From an uncultured Terrimonas sp. (GTDB taxonomy: Bacteria > Bacteroidota > Bacteroidia > Chitinophagales > Chitinophagaceae), in NCBI GenBank assembly GCA_964445775.1, contig CAYUMH010000004.1, forward strand, positions 112,420 through 144,419: a stretch of 32,000 bases of DNA, read 5' to 3'. A program made the translations under genes and the position numbers. This document shows positions 9,804 to 21,791 of the stretch, one piece after another. Under the pieces are notes generated by a model. It saw only the letters and a program-made list of their open reading frames with translations. It searched no databases and was not told where the DNA came from. Each line of letters begins with the position of its first letter. Within the stretch, counting starts at the first letter, position 1.

Positions 9804-11333
9804 ATGAAAAAAATAACTTCAGTTTTATTGCTTTTAGCCACAGGGATGATGGTGATGACAGGCTGTAAAAAAGACCTGCTGAATCAAAATGCTCCTGATC
9901 AGTTAACTACGGATAATTTTTATACTTCTAAGGAAAAAGCCCTGTCGGGACTTGCCGCCGCCTATTCACAACTGGAGAGTTTTGTAGGCTGGGATAATTT
10001 TGTTGAGGCAAGGTCCGTAAGGGAATTCTACCGCGAGGATTATGTGAAGCCGGGAGATGATGCTTTCAACTATCCCTGGTGGATAGATCATTACAATTTT
10101 TCTTTTACATCGGGCAATTATGCCATTGATCTTTTATGGAGAGATAATTACCGGGGCTTGAACTTTACCAACCAGGTGTTGGGTAATGTTGCTAAAATGC
10201 CTGCTGAATTAATAGATGAAGCCAGCCGGAAAGAAATTTTAGCGGAAGCCAGGTTTTTAAGGGCTTATTATCACTTTAAATTATTGGTCAATTTTGAAAA
10301 AATAATTATCCGTGATAAAGTGCCTACTTCGGAAGCGGACCTGCCCAAAGCTACTTCTGAAAGAAAAGAAGTGTATGATATTATTATTGAAGATCTGAAA
10401 GCGGCAGAACAGGACCTTCCTTTAAAATCAAAACGTCCGGCTACAGAATTGGGCCGTGCTACCAAAGGCACCGTACAGGCCTACCTGGGTAAAGTGTACC
10501 TGTACAGGGCGGGTGAAGAGCCGGCCAATGCGGCGGCCTATTACACGGCGGCAGCAACCAGCCTGAACAATGTTATCCTGTCCGGGGAATATGATATGGA
10601 AACCAACTTTGTTGGCATGTTTAACGGTACCGTTAAAAACGGTACTGAGTCTGTATTTGAACTGCAACAAACTGCTGATGCATCTAATGGCGCCGTGTAC
10701 CGCTCGTACCTGGCTGATTGGATGGCTGCCTGGGAATTGGGCGGGTATGGTGAGATATATGGTACACAAAGATTATTGACCGAAATGCAGAAAGAGGGAA
10801 AAGTAGCAACCGGTAACTTATACGATCCGCGTTTATACCAGACCATGATTTTTGAAGATGCTTATTTTAATGATGATGCTAACCCTCGTGTATATGGTTA
10901 TACTTATGACGAGGTATTTGAAAACGGGTCGGGTGTACTGGCATTTAAAAAATGGATTCCGGCAGATATAACCCAGCTGGGACGTTCGCTGGCCATTAAT
11001 ATGCCGCTGATGCGTTATGCCGATGTGGTATTGATGTATGCGGAAGTATTGAATAACCAGGAAAAATTTGGCGATGCCATGGCGCAGGTAAATAGTTTGA
11101 GAACAAAACGAACCATGCCTGTTTTAGCGCTGAATAACAAACAGGCAATTTTTGACCAGATCATACACGAACGTGTTATGGAATTTACATTGGAAGGAAG
11201 CCGGTTTTATGATCTCAGGAGATGGGGATTACTGCAGCAAAATATGCAGGCAGCCGGAAGAACTTTTTCTGCGGATAAGGCTTTTTATCCTATTCCTTTA
11301 AAAGAAACCATCAACAATCCGCTGGTAAGGTAA
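9804..11333 (+). CDS. susD: SusD/RagB-family nutrient-binding outer-membrane lipoprotein
   Basis: 509 aa with a lipoprotein signal peptide and Cys (LLLLATGMMVMTGCKKD). SusD-like TPR-like helical core and conserved C-terminus (RVMEFTLEGSRFYDLRRWG). Lies 19 nt after susC. Confidence 0.93.
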   Translation: MKKITSVLLLLATGMMVMTGCKKDLLNQNAPDQLTTDNFYTSKEKALSGLAAAYSQLESFVGWDNFVEARSVREFYREDYVKPGDDAFNYPWWIDHYNFSFTSGNYAIDLLWRDNYRGLNFTNQVLGNVAKMPAELIDEASRKEILAEARFLRAYYHFKLLVNFEKIIIRDKVPTSEADLPKATSERKEVYDIIIEDLKAAEQDLPLKSKRPATELGRATKGTVQAYLGKVYLYRAGEEPANAAAYYTAAATSLNNVILSGEYDMETNFVGMFNGTVKNGTESVFELQQTADASNGAVYRSYLADWMAAWELGGYGEIYGTQRLLTEMQKEGKVATGNLYDPRLYQTMIFEDAYFNDDANPRVYGYTYDEVFENGSGVLAFKKWIPADITQLGRSLAINMPLMRYADVVLMYAEVLNNQEKFGDAMAQVNSLRTKRTMPVLALNNKQAIFDQIIHERVMEFTLEGSRFYDLRRWGLLQQNMQAAGRTFSADKAFYPIPLKETINNPLVR

Positions 11334-11348
11334 AGTGCAAAATGTTTT

Positions 11349-11380
11349 AAAGTCGCCGGCTTGTAAAAGCCGGCGACTTT
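11349..11380 (+). terminator. Perfect 14-bp stem / 4-nt loop hairpin between susD and the GH2 gene (terminator or attenuator/processing site)
   Basis: aaagtcgccggctt-gtaa-aagccggcgacttt, 15 nt after the susD stop. The stem is GC-rich, but no U-tract follows it, so its function is uncertain. Confidence 0.45.
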
Positions 11381-11424
11381 AACATGAATGTATTCGTGTA
11401 ACTATTTGAAAACAAAATGCTGTG

Positions 11425-14400
11425 ATGGTTAAAAAAAGTTGCTTCGGTTTTTTATTCGTTTTATTCATTGTAAATATTATAACTGCGCAGGAAATAAAAA
11501 ATGATTGGGAAAATCCCGGACTTCCTGTACATAATACCATGAAGCCGGCTGCCTGGTTTATTCCCTATCCCGGTGAAGCAGCTGCTCTGGCAAAAGGCAA
11601 TAGCCCCTTTGTAAAATCACTGGATGGTATATGGAAGTTTAACCTGGTGAATACGCCTGCAGAACGGCCTGCGGCATTTTATAAAGACAATTACGACCTG
11701 CGCAAATGGCATGATATAAAAGTACCGGCAAGCTGGCAGACCGAGGGTTTCGACCGTTTTATTTTTACCGATGTGGAATATCCCATTCCTGTGAATCCAC
11801 CATATGTGCCGGCCGATTATAACCCTGTAGGTTCCTATAAAAAAAGCTTTACTATTCCCGAAAACTGGAAAGGGAAAGATGTTTTCATTCATTTCGGCGC
11901 AGTCAGTTCTTTCTTTTATCTATGGATCAATGAACAGTATATTGGTTTTAGCAAGGACAGTAAAACAGAAGCAAAATTTGATATTACGCCTTACCTGAAA
12001 AAAGGACAGAATACCGTGTCGGTGCAGGTTTTTCGTTTTAGCGACGGTTCATACCTGGAAGGGCAGGACATGTGGAAGCTGAGCGGGATAGAAAGAACAG
12101 TGTACCTGACGGCCCGTCCTCCGTTTGCTGTGTATGATTTTTTTGTAAAGGCTTCGCTGGATAAGCAGTATAAAGATGGCCTGTTCAGTTTAAAAATTGC
12201 GTTTAATAAAAAGCCATCCGCCCGGGAAGCGCAGCAGTCTGTTCAGGTAAAAATTATTGATGAAGAAGCGAATAATAAAATTCTTTTTGAAGCTACACCC
12301 GCTATTACGCCAACAGGGGAAATATCTATCAACGAAGTCTTTCCCGGCATAAAAAAATGGAATGCCGAAACACCGCATTTGTACACACTTATTATTAACC
12401 ATATTAACAAAGAGGGGAAAATAATTGAAACTATCAGTCATAAAATTGGTTTCAGGAAAGCCGAAATATTACACGGTCTTTTTTTATTGAACGGTGTGGC
12501 GATAAAATTTAAAGGGGTGAACCGGCATGAGTTTGACATGATCAACGGGAAGGTGATCAACAGGGAGCAGATGATCCGGGATATTAGATTATTTAAAGAA
12601 TATAATATCAATGCGGTAAGAAACAGCCACTATCCTAATGCTCCGGAATGGTATGCCTTATGTGATCAGTACGGTATATATGTAGTAGATGAGGCGAATA
12701 TTGAATGTGACGGCATGAGTTTTTCGCCATTAAAAACTTTATCGGATAAAGCCGGTTGGAAAAATGCTTACCTGAACAGGACGGAAAGAATGTTTGAAGC
12801 AAACAAAAATTTCGCAAGCGTTATAACCTGGTCTTTGGGAAATGAGAGCCAGATGGGCGATAATTTCATCGCTACTTATCAATACCTGAAATCGGTTGAC
12901 GATAGCCGCCCGGTAGCTTATGAGCCTGCGAGCAGAACGGATTATTCAGATGTTTTTTTTCCGATGTATAAATCTTTGAATGTGATGCAGGAGTATGTGA
13001 AAGAATGGCGCAGCAAACCTTATATCCAGTGCGAATATGCGCATATGATGGGTAACAGCGGCGGCAATTTAAAAGAATACTGGGACCTGATCTACAGCAA
13101 TGAACAGTTACAGGGAGGATATATATGGGATTTTTCGGACCAGACCTTCCGCATCAAAGATAAAAACGGCAGGGATATCTGGGGCTATGGCCGGGATATG
13201 GGTAAGGTAGGCGAAACAAGCGATACCAGTTTTTGCGCCGATGGATTATTTTCAGCCGACAGGAAGCCACATCCGCAGGCATTTGAGCTAAAAAAAATAT
13301 ACCAGCATATTCATTTCAGTCCCGTTGATTTTGCTGCAAACAAAATTGACATAACCAACCGTTTTGATTTTACCAATCTTGGTCAATATAATTTTGAGTG
13401 GTATATAAAAGGTAACGGTGTAATGGTGGCACAGGGAAAACTAGACCAGCTGGATATAGCGCCGCATACAACAAAAACAATCCAATTAAATATACCCGTC
13501 TTTGATATAAAGCCGGGCGTAGAATATTTTTTAACCATCAATGCCAGGACCAAACAAAAATCGGCTTTATTGCCGGCAGATTTTTTACTGGCTTTTGAAC
13601 AGTTTAAATTACCTGTATACATAGAAAAAGAAGGGGGAGTAGTAAGTAATTTGCCTACACTGGAGTTATTACAAACCAATGACCAGGTAAAAATTGCTGC
13701 ATCATCATTTGCTGTTGTGTTTGATAAAAAAAGCGGTTGGTTATCCGGTTACCATTTACAGGGTGTAGCGATTATAAAAGAGGCTTTACAACCTCATTTC
13801 TGGCGCACAGCAACGGATAATGATATTGGTAACAGCCAGCAGATACGTTGTGCCGTTTGGCAGGATCCACTGAGAACGGCTGTATTGGATTCCATAACGG
13901 TGAAACAATTGGATAAACAACATATAGAAGTGAGTACTTTTCATTACCTGCCCGATATTAAGGCAAATTACCTGGCTACATACAGGGTAGCAGCCAATGG
14001 ATCAGTACAGGTGAATATTGAAATGCTGGCTTCGGCAGGGGACTTTCCCGAAATGCCCAGGTTTGGGATGAAGGTTATTTTGCATAAAGACTTTGGTCGT
14101 GTAAAATGGTTCGGGCGTGGCCCGTTTGATAATTACGAGGACCGTAAATCGGCGGCGAGTATTGATCTGTACCAGATGCCGGCCGACTCCCTGTTCCACC
14201 CCTATGCCCGGGCACAGGAAAGCGGGTATAGGACCGATGTGCGGTGGATAAGCCTGACCAATAAACAGGGACTTGGCCTGATGGCAGAAGGAAGCCCTGT
14301 TATCAGTACCGGTGTTTTACACTTTGATATGCATAAGCTGGAGTTTAATAAAGATGCGCCGGAAAATAACCACGGAGGCTCCATGATTAATGATGACCTG

Positions 14401-14535
14401 GTATGGTGGAATATTGATTACCGGCAAATGGGGGTAGGAGGCGATAACAGCTGGGGCGCAAAACCTCATGCCGCTTATTTATTACCCTATAGAAATTACC
14501 AGTATACTTTTACGTTAAGGCCGGTTAAGCCATAA
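11425..14535 (+). CDS. GH2 beta-galactosidase (LacZ-like), secreted/periplasmic
   Basis: About 1036 aa with a signal peptide (MVKKSCFGFLFVLFIVNIITAQE). Both LacZ catalytic motifs are present: acid/base WSLGNESQMG and nucleophile YIQCEYAHMMGNSGG. A C-terminal beta-galactosidase small-chain-like domain is also present. The track start at 11422 is GTG and the adjacent ATG is at 11425. Confidence 0.93.
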   Translation: MVKKSCFGFLFVLFIVNIITAQEIKNDWENPGLPVHNTMKPAAWFIPYPGEAAALAKGNSPFVKSLDGIWKFNLVNTPAERPAAFYKDNYDLRKWHDIKVPASWQTEGFDRFIFTDVEYPIPVNPPYVPADYNPVGSYKKSFTIPENWKGKDVFIHFGAVSSFFYLWINEQYIGFSKDSKTEAKFDITPYLKKGQNTVSVQVFRFSDGSYLEGQDMWKLSGIERTVYLTARPPFAVYDFFVKASLDKQYKDGLFSLKIAFNKKPSAREAQQSVQVKIIDEEANNKILFEATPAITPTGEISINEVFPGIKKWNAETPHLYTLIINHINKEGKIIETISHKIGFRKAEILHGLFLLNGVAIKFKGVNRHEFDMINGKVINREQMIRDIRLFKEYNINAVRNSHYPNAPEWYALCDQYGIYVVDEANIECDGMSFSPLKTLSDKAGWKNAYLNRTERMFEANKNFASVITWSLGNESQMGDNFIATYQYLKSVDDSRPVAYEPASRTDYSDVFFPMYKSLNVMQEYVKEWRSKPYIQCEYAHMMGNSGGNLKEYWDLIYSNEQLQGGYIWDFSDQTFRIKDKNGRDIWGYGRDMGKVGETSDTSFCADGLFSADRKPHPQAFELKKIYQHIHFSPVDFAANKIDITNRFDFTNLGQYNFEWYIKGNGVMVAQGKLDQLDIAPHTTKTIQLNIPVFDIKPGVEYFLTINARTKQKSALLPADFLLAFEQFKLPVYIEKEGGVVSNLPTLELLQTNDQVKIAASSFAVVFDKKSGWLSGYHLQGVAIIKEALQPHFWRTATDNDIGNSQQIRCAVWQDPLRTAVLDSITVKQLDKQHIEVSTFHYLPDIKANYLATYRVAANGSVQVNIEMLASAGDFPEMPRFGMKVILHKDFGRVKWFGRGPFDNYEDRKSAASIDLYQMPADSLFHPYARAQESGYRTDVRWISLTNKQGLGLMAEGSPVISTGVLHFDMHKLEFNKDAPENNHGGSMINDDLVWWNIDYRQMGVGGDNSWGAKPHAAYLLPYRNYQYTFTLRPVKP

Positions 14536-14596
14536 GTTAAAATAAAATATTTTCGGATTCTAATAACTCCGCTCAGGTGATTGATATAAGTTTTGA

Positions 14597-16552
<1,956 letters not shown>

Positions 16553-16562
16553 ACCTGGTGTT

Positions 16563-18878
16563 ATGCATTTTAATGAAACCTTTATCCGGCAACTGGCGAA
16601 TGACCAATACGGGCTGGATATAAAAGTAAGCCGGCTGAAAGGATACGATGAAGAGAATTTTTTACTGGAAGACAGAGTGGGAAAGAAGTATATCCTGAAA
16701 GTAGCAACGGAGCAACACAACTACGGTTTTATTGCTGCGCAGGTGGCTGTTTTGCAACATCTTTCCGGAACGGATTTGAAGGACATGTTCCAGCAAATTG
16801 TACCCGATATACAGGGCAACCCCATCTTTACTGTAAAACATTCCGGTGCAGTTTATTATATCAGGGTGCTTACTTACCTGGATGGAATATTCTGGGCAGA
16901 TCACAAAGACCGTACAGATGTTTTATATACTGACCTGGGTAGTTTTTTAGGTAAGATGGATAAGGCCTTACAAAATTTTTCACATGCGGCCATCCACCGG
17001 CGTTATACCTGGGACGTGACCACGGCCGCCGATGCGTATACGAATGTAAAATATATCAGGGATCATGAACTGCGCAGGATGGTTGGCTATTTTTTACTGC
17101 AGTTTGAAACAGAAGTAACGCCCTTTCTTCCCTCGTTACGACAGGCCTATATTCATAATGATGCAAATGATCTGAATATTTTAGTTGCTAATGACAGGAT
17201 AAAAGGATTGATCGATTTTGGTGATATGGTGCACAGCGCCCTGGTGGGTAACCTGGCCATTGCCTGTACCTATGCCATGTTCAATACGGACGATCCCCTG
17301 CATGCCGCTGTTAAAATAGTGGAAGGGTATCATGCAGTGTACCCGTTGACGATGCAGGAAACGGACCTGCTCTATTATCTGATAGCCGCCAGGTTATGCA
17401 TCAGTCTTACACAATCTGCCTATAATGCTTCATTAAGCTCAGCGAATGAGCATCATTTTGTGTCGGAAAAACCGGCCCGGGATTTATTATACAGGCTGAT
17501 TAAAATAAACCCGGTAAAGGCACAGGAAAGTTTCCGGTTATCATGTGGCTTTCCATCGTTAATTGATAAAACTGAGGGGTATGGTCCATTACTGCAGGAA
17601 AGAAGAAAACATATCGGCCGGAACCTGAGTATCAGTTATCAGCAGCCTTTAAAAATTGTAAAAGGTGCCTTGCAATATTTGTATGATGATCGGGGTAATA
17701 CATTTGTTGACTGCGTTAATAATGTAAGCCATGTGGGGCATTGCCATCCTGTTGTGGTAAAAGCCGTACAAAAGCAAATAGCCACACTTAATACCAATAC
17801 CAGGTACCTGAATGATGCTATTACCGATTTTGCGAAAGCGTTGATTGCAACCTTACCGCCTAAGCTTTCTGTATGTTATTTTACCAATTCGGGCAGTGAG
17901 GCAAATGACCTGGCGATACGGATGAGCCGGCATCTTACAAAGCAACAGGACGTGATCGTGTTAGATCATGCTTACCATGGCACAACAACGGTAGCCCTGG
18001 AGATGAGTCCTTATAAATTTGACGGCAAAGGAGGGTTTACACAAAAGCCGTACATCCATAAAGCTGTTTCACCCGATTTATACCGGGGTGAATTCCGTTA
18101 CCAGCACGAAGATGCCGGCATGCAATATGCAAACGCTGTAAAGACGATTATTGAGCAGCTATCGGCGGATAATAAAGGTGTTGCCGCTTTTATCTGCGAA
18201 ACACTGTTAGGTGTTGGCGGCCAGATACCTTTACCTAAAAACTACCTGAAGGAAGTATATAAACATGTACGGGCTGCCGGAGGTGTTTGTATTGCCGATG
18301 AGGTACAGGTTGGCTTTGGAAGAGTGGGTGAAAAATTCTGGGGCTTTGAATTGCAGGATGTGGAACCGGATATTGTTGTTTTAGGTAAACCAATAGGGAA
18401 CGGGCATCCGCTGGCGGCAGTGATTGTAACCGAAGAAATTGCAGATTGTTTTAATAATGGAATGGAATATTTTAATACCTATGGAGGCAATCCCGTTTCA
18501 ATGACCACGGGCCTGTCGGTGTTGCATGTAATAAAGGATGAAATGCTGCAACAACACGCAAAGGAAACAGGGGAGCATCTTCTTAGTCTACTTACTCTTT
18601 TAATGCATAAATATGCCATTATTGGTGATGTAAGGGGGCATGGCCTGTTTATTGGTGCCGAACTGGTCCGTAGCCGGGAAACAAAAGAACCGGCTGTAGC
18701 CGAGATCAATGCGATTGTGGAACGGATGAAAGAGAAGGGATTTTTGTTGAGTACAGACGGCCCTTTGCATAACGTATTAAAGATAAAACCACCCCTGGTA
18801 TTTAATAAAGCGGATGCAACCGAAATGGTAACCATGCTGGAGGAGGTATTGGAGGAGATGAACATGGATAAGCTGTAA
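16563..18878 (+). CDS. Bifunctional fusion: hydroxylysine-kinase-like (APH-fold) domain + class-III aminotransferase-fold phospho-lyase domain
   Basis: 771 aa with no signal peptide. Residues ~1-335 resemble human HYKK/AGPHD1 ([27 protein letters not shown], Brenner motif [12 protein letters not shown] at nt 17151-17186, LIDFGDM). Residues ~345-771 resemble PHYKPL/ETNPPL ([44 protein letters not shown]). The PLP lysine lies in [12 protein letters not shown], with the Lys codon at 18387-18389. Confidence 0.9.
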   Translation: MHFNETFIRQLANDQYGLDIKVSRLKGYDEENFLLEDRVGKKYILKVATEQHNYGFIAAQVAVLQHLSGTDLKDMFQQIVPDIQGNPIFTVKHSGAVYYIRVLTYLDGIFWADHKDRTDVLYTDLGSFLGKMDKALQNFSHAAIHRRYTWDVTTAADAYTNVKYIRDHELRRMVGYFLLQFETEVTPFLPSLRQAYIHNDANDLNILVANDRIKGLIDFGDMVHSALVGNLAIACTYAMFNTDDPLHAAVKIVEGYHAVYPLTMQETDLLYYLIAARLCISLTQSAYNASLSSANEHHFVSEKPARDLLYRLIKINPVKAQESFRLSCGFPSLIDKTEGYGPLLQERRKHIGRNLSISYQQPLKIVKGALQYLYDDRGNTFVDCVNNVSHVGHCHPVVVKAVQKQIATLNTNTRYLNDAITDFAKALIATLPPKLSVCYFTNSGSEANDLAIRMSRHLTKQQDVIVLDHAYHGTTTVALEMSPYKFDGKGGFTQKPYIHKAVSPDLYRGEFRYQHEDAGMQYANAVKTIIEQLSADNKGVAAFICETLLGVGGQIPLPKNYLKEVYKHVRAAGGVCIADEVQVGFGRVGEKFWGFELQDVEPDIVVLGKPIGNGHPLAAVIVTEEIADCFNNGMEYFNTYGGNPVSMTTGLSVLHVIKDEMLQQHAKETGEHLLSLLTLLMHKYAIIGDVRGHGLFIGAELVRSRETKEPAVAEINAIVERMKEKGFLLSTDGPLHNVLKIKPPLVFNKADATEMVTMLEEVLEEMNMDKL

Positions 18879-18968
18879 ACCTGCAGTGTGTGAATGACTA
18901 CTACGCTATAATATTTTGCATTTTCCTTTTGCGTTTACAATGGGTACTTTTGCCAGTAAAATGTACCT

Positions 18969-20318
18969 ATGACGATTCGTATATTACGTGTGCTGACTTA
19001 TTTACGCAAGAAACTGCGTTTACCCAACGACCCGGAAAGTATCAGGCTGTCTACGGAACGTATCAGGGACAGCGCTGAGATTGCTGGTGTGAACTTATGG
19101 GTACTGGTGATCGCTATTTTTATTGCCTGCCTGGGCTTAAATACTGATTCGGTAACCGTGGTCATCGGTGCGATGTTAATATCGCCGTTGATGGGCCCTA
19201 TATCGGCTCTCGGTCTGGGCCTGGGTATTAACGACTGGGAACTGATAAAGAGAGCCCTGCGTAATCTTATTGTAGCGGCCTTGTTATCGCTTATTACTTC
19301 TACTGTATTTTTTCTTATCAGTCCCATGAAGGATGCGGGACAAATGTTATTATCACAAACCTCTCCCTCCTTATATGATGTATTGATCGCATTTTTTGGT
19401 GGCCTGGCCAGTATTATGGCCAGTTCCAGTAAACTAAGGGCCAGTAATGTAATACCAGGTGTGGCCATTGCTACTACTTTAATGATGCCCCTGTGTACTG
19501 CAGGATATGGTATATCGATAGGAGAGTGGCGGTATATTGCCGGAGCTATTTATATGTTCTTTATCAACTCGGTATTTATTGGTGCCGCTACTTTTTTAAT
19601 GGTCAACCTGTTTGGTTATCCTAAAGTAAGTATTCACGATAGTAAAAAACGTAAACGTACCAGGGCCATTATTGCCACATTGCTCATCATTACCTTTATT
19701 CCCAGTGTGTACCTGACCTATCATATTGTTACCCGTTATTTTTTTGAAAAGAATGCCAATGCTTTTATTAAAAACGAAGTACAGGATAAGGATCATTTTG
19801 TGATCACCAAAAGATTGTTGTATAACCGGAATAAACCTGTTATTGAGTTGAGTATGCTGGGCCAGAATATTGACAGTGTTCACTATGCCGAACTGGTAAA
19901 ACGCATGCCCAAATATTTCCTGGGCCATGTGGGTCTGGTATTATTCCAGGGCCAGGATAGCCGGGTGGCCGCCAAGTCATATTTTGACCAGATAAGCAGC
20001 GGGCTTGAAATGAATAATGCTGCTATTCAAAATTTATACCGGCGGGTGGATAGTCTGCAAAAAATAACTGACCAGCAGTTGTATGTGGATAGCCTGGAAT
20101 ATAAAATTGGTAAGCTGGTACACACGGTTGATAGCAGTGTACAAAGCGTGCGTGTATCCAGCGTAATAGCCTACAATATGGTGAAAGCTAAAAAAGATAC
20201 TTCCTGGACTGCACAGCTGCAGTTTCAAAAAAATCCTTCACCGGCTGACCGTAATAAAATGACTGATCTGCTAAAAGAAAAGTTAGGCCTGCAAAATATG
20301 CAGCTGCGTTTCGATTAA
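18969..20318 (+). CDS. DUF389-family integral membrane protein with ~200-aa C-terminal soluble extension
   Basis: 449 aa. The multi-TM N-terminal half has the DUF389-type motif GAMLISPLMGPI. The C-terminal half is hydrophilic. Function unknown. Confidence 0.7.
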   Translation: MTIRILRVLTYLRKKLRLPNDPESIRLSTERIRDSAEIAGVNLWVLVIAIFIACLGLNTDSVTVVIGAMLISPLMGPISALGLGLGINDWELIKRALRNLIVAALLSLITSTVFFLISPMKDAGQMLLSQTSPSLYDVLIAFFGGLASIMASSSKLRASNVIPGVAIATTLMMPLCTAGYGISIGEWRYIAGAIYMFFINSVFIGAATFLMVNLFGYPKVSIHDSKKRKRTRAIIATLLIITFIPSVYLTYHIVTRYFFEKNANAFIKNEVQDKDHFVITKRLLYNRNKPVIELSMLGQNIDSVHYAELVKRMPKYFLGHVGLVLFQGQDSRVAAKSYFDQISSGLEMNNAAIQNLYRRVDSLQKITDQQLYVDSLEYKIGKLVHTVDSSVQSVRVSSVIAYNMVKAKKDTSWTAQLQFQKNPSPADRNKMTDLLKEKLGLQNMQLRFD

Positions 20319-20331
20319 TTATTTAGAGGAT

Positions 20332-21591
20332 TTAGTATTGCATCTTACGTAAAGAAGGCGCTTTGAACCAGGTAACAATTACCACACCAATGGTCATACA
20401 GCCGCCGAATACCACGGATGGAATAACACCCAGGAGCCTGGCCATGGTACCGCTTTCAAACTGTCCTAACTCATTACTGCTGTTAATGAACATGGAGCTT
20501 ACGCTCATTACCCGGCCCCGGACATGGTCAGGGGTTTTTAACTGCATAATAGTACCACGGGTTACCACGCTTACCCCATCCATAATACCGGCAATAACCA
20601 GTGCTAAAAAGGAAAGTATAAACCATTTGGATAAGCCGAAAATAATAATACAGACACCAAAGCCCGCTACGGCATACATGAGCTTTTTGCCCTGGTTGCG
20701 GCGCATGGGGATAAAGGTTAAAGTCAGTACACTGATGATAGCGCCGATATCGGTAGCAGCATTTAACCAGCCAAAGCCGATAGAGCCAACTTTTAAAATA
20801 TCCCTTGCATAAATGGGCACCAATGCTACCGCACCGCCGAATAATACGGCGAAAAGGTCCAATGACAGGGCGCCTAAAATTTCTTTGGTCTTAAATACAA
20901 AACGAAGGCCCTCGCTCATGCTTTGTAAAGTGGTTTGCTGTGCCGGTTTGGCCACCGGTGGTTGTCTTTTTAAAAATGCCAGCACGATCAGCGAAAGGCC
21001 CATGATACTGCAAACAACGATAAGTGTATTGTGAATACCGATAAAGTGGATCAGGAATCCCCCGGTAGCATGACCGGTAACCGATGCCGTTAAAAAAGCG
21101 CCCTGGTTCCAGGTAATAGCGTTTTGCAACAAATGCCGGGGAACAATACCCGCGATCATGGTACTGAAGCTGGGACCTACAAAAGAGCGGATTAGTCCTG
21201 TAATCACAAACAGTCCATAGATGCACCAGGCGATCTGTTTGTTTTTGAGATGGGTACCGATATAACCGCTTGATAAAAACAACAACGCACCCGCTACACA
21301 TACATACACAAATATGCTGCGTAACATCAGGTTGCGTTTTTCACTCCGGTCGATCACATGCCCGGCATAGAGGGCCATTATAAAAGCCGGGATAAACTCC
21401 GACAGTCCTACCAGGCCAATGGCCAGCGGGTCGTTGGTCAGTTCGTAGATCCACCAGCCCACCACAGAAGTGATCATGCGCAGGGACATGACAAACATAA
21501 AACGGCCGGTAATGAGATTTCGGTATTGAATCACCCTTAGTGCAGCAAAAGGGTCGGAGGTAACCTGTTTGATGGAGGAGTCGTCGTTCAT
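20332..21591 (-). CDS. MFS transporter (EntS/MFS_3-like)
   Basis: About 12 predicted TM helices with an MFS-like loop (GHVIDRSEKRN). The track start at 21627 is TTG, and the first ATG (MNDDSSIKQ) is at 21591. Convergent with the DUF389 gene, 13-nt gap. Confidence 0.85.
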   Translation of the reverse strand: MNDDSSIKQVTSDPFAALRVIQYRNLITGRFMFVMSLRMITSVVGWWIYELTNDPLAIGLVGLSEFIPAFIMALYAGHVIDRSEKRNLMLRSIFVYVCVAGALLFLSSGYIGTHLKNKQIAWCIYGLFVITGLIRSFVGPSFSTMIAGIVPRHLLQNAITWNQGAFLTASVTGHATGGFLIHFIGIHNTLIVVCSIMGLSLIVLAFLKRQPPVAKPAQQTTLQSMSEGLRFVFKTKEILGALSLDLFAVLFGGAVALVPIYARDILKVGSIGFGWLNAATDIGAIISVLTLTFIPMRRNQGKKLMYAVAGFGVCIIIFGLSKWFILSFLALVIAGIMDGVSVVTRGTIMQLKTPDHVRGRVMSVSSMFINSSNELGQFESGTMARLLGVIPSVVFGGCMTIGVVIVTWFKAPSLRKMQY

Positions 21592-21663
21592 AGCGGAGCA
21601 AAGGTAGTAGTTATTAGGTTTTTCCAAAAGTTCAAAGGCGGTTGGAAATGGGCATTTGTATTA

Positions 21664-21788
21664 AGTATATAGTATTTAGTATATAGATTAGTAACCTGTT
21701 ACTGCACGACAACCTTGAACTCTTAAACCTTTGAACTCCTTGAACCTTCATCACGACAACCTTAAACCTTATACCTTAAACTTTAAAC
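21664..21788 (-). repeat. Copy 1 of a ~125-bp inverted repeat pair, 3 nt downstream of the SNF2 stop codon
   Basis: The reverse complement of 21664-21788 aligns by hand to 28160-28285 with about 11 mismatches and 1 indel (~90% identity). It contains an internal duplicated core, aaggttgtcgtg (x2, ~50 nt apart), degenerate gtt[ct]aagg runs, a GTAAC-N2-GTTAC mini-palindrome and four TWWATAC heptads. Confidence 0.85.
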
Positions 21789-21791
21789 CCT

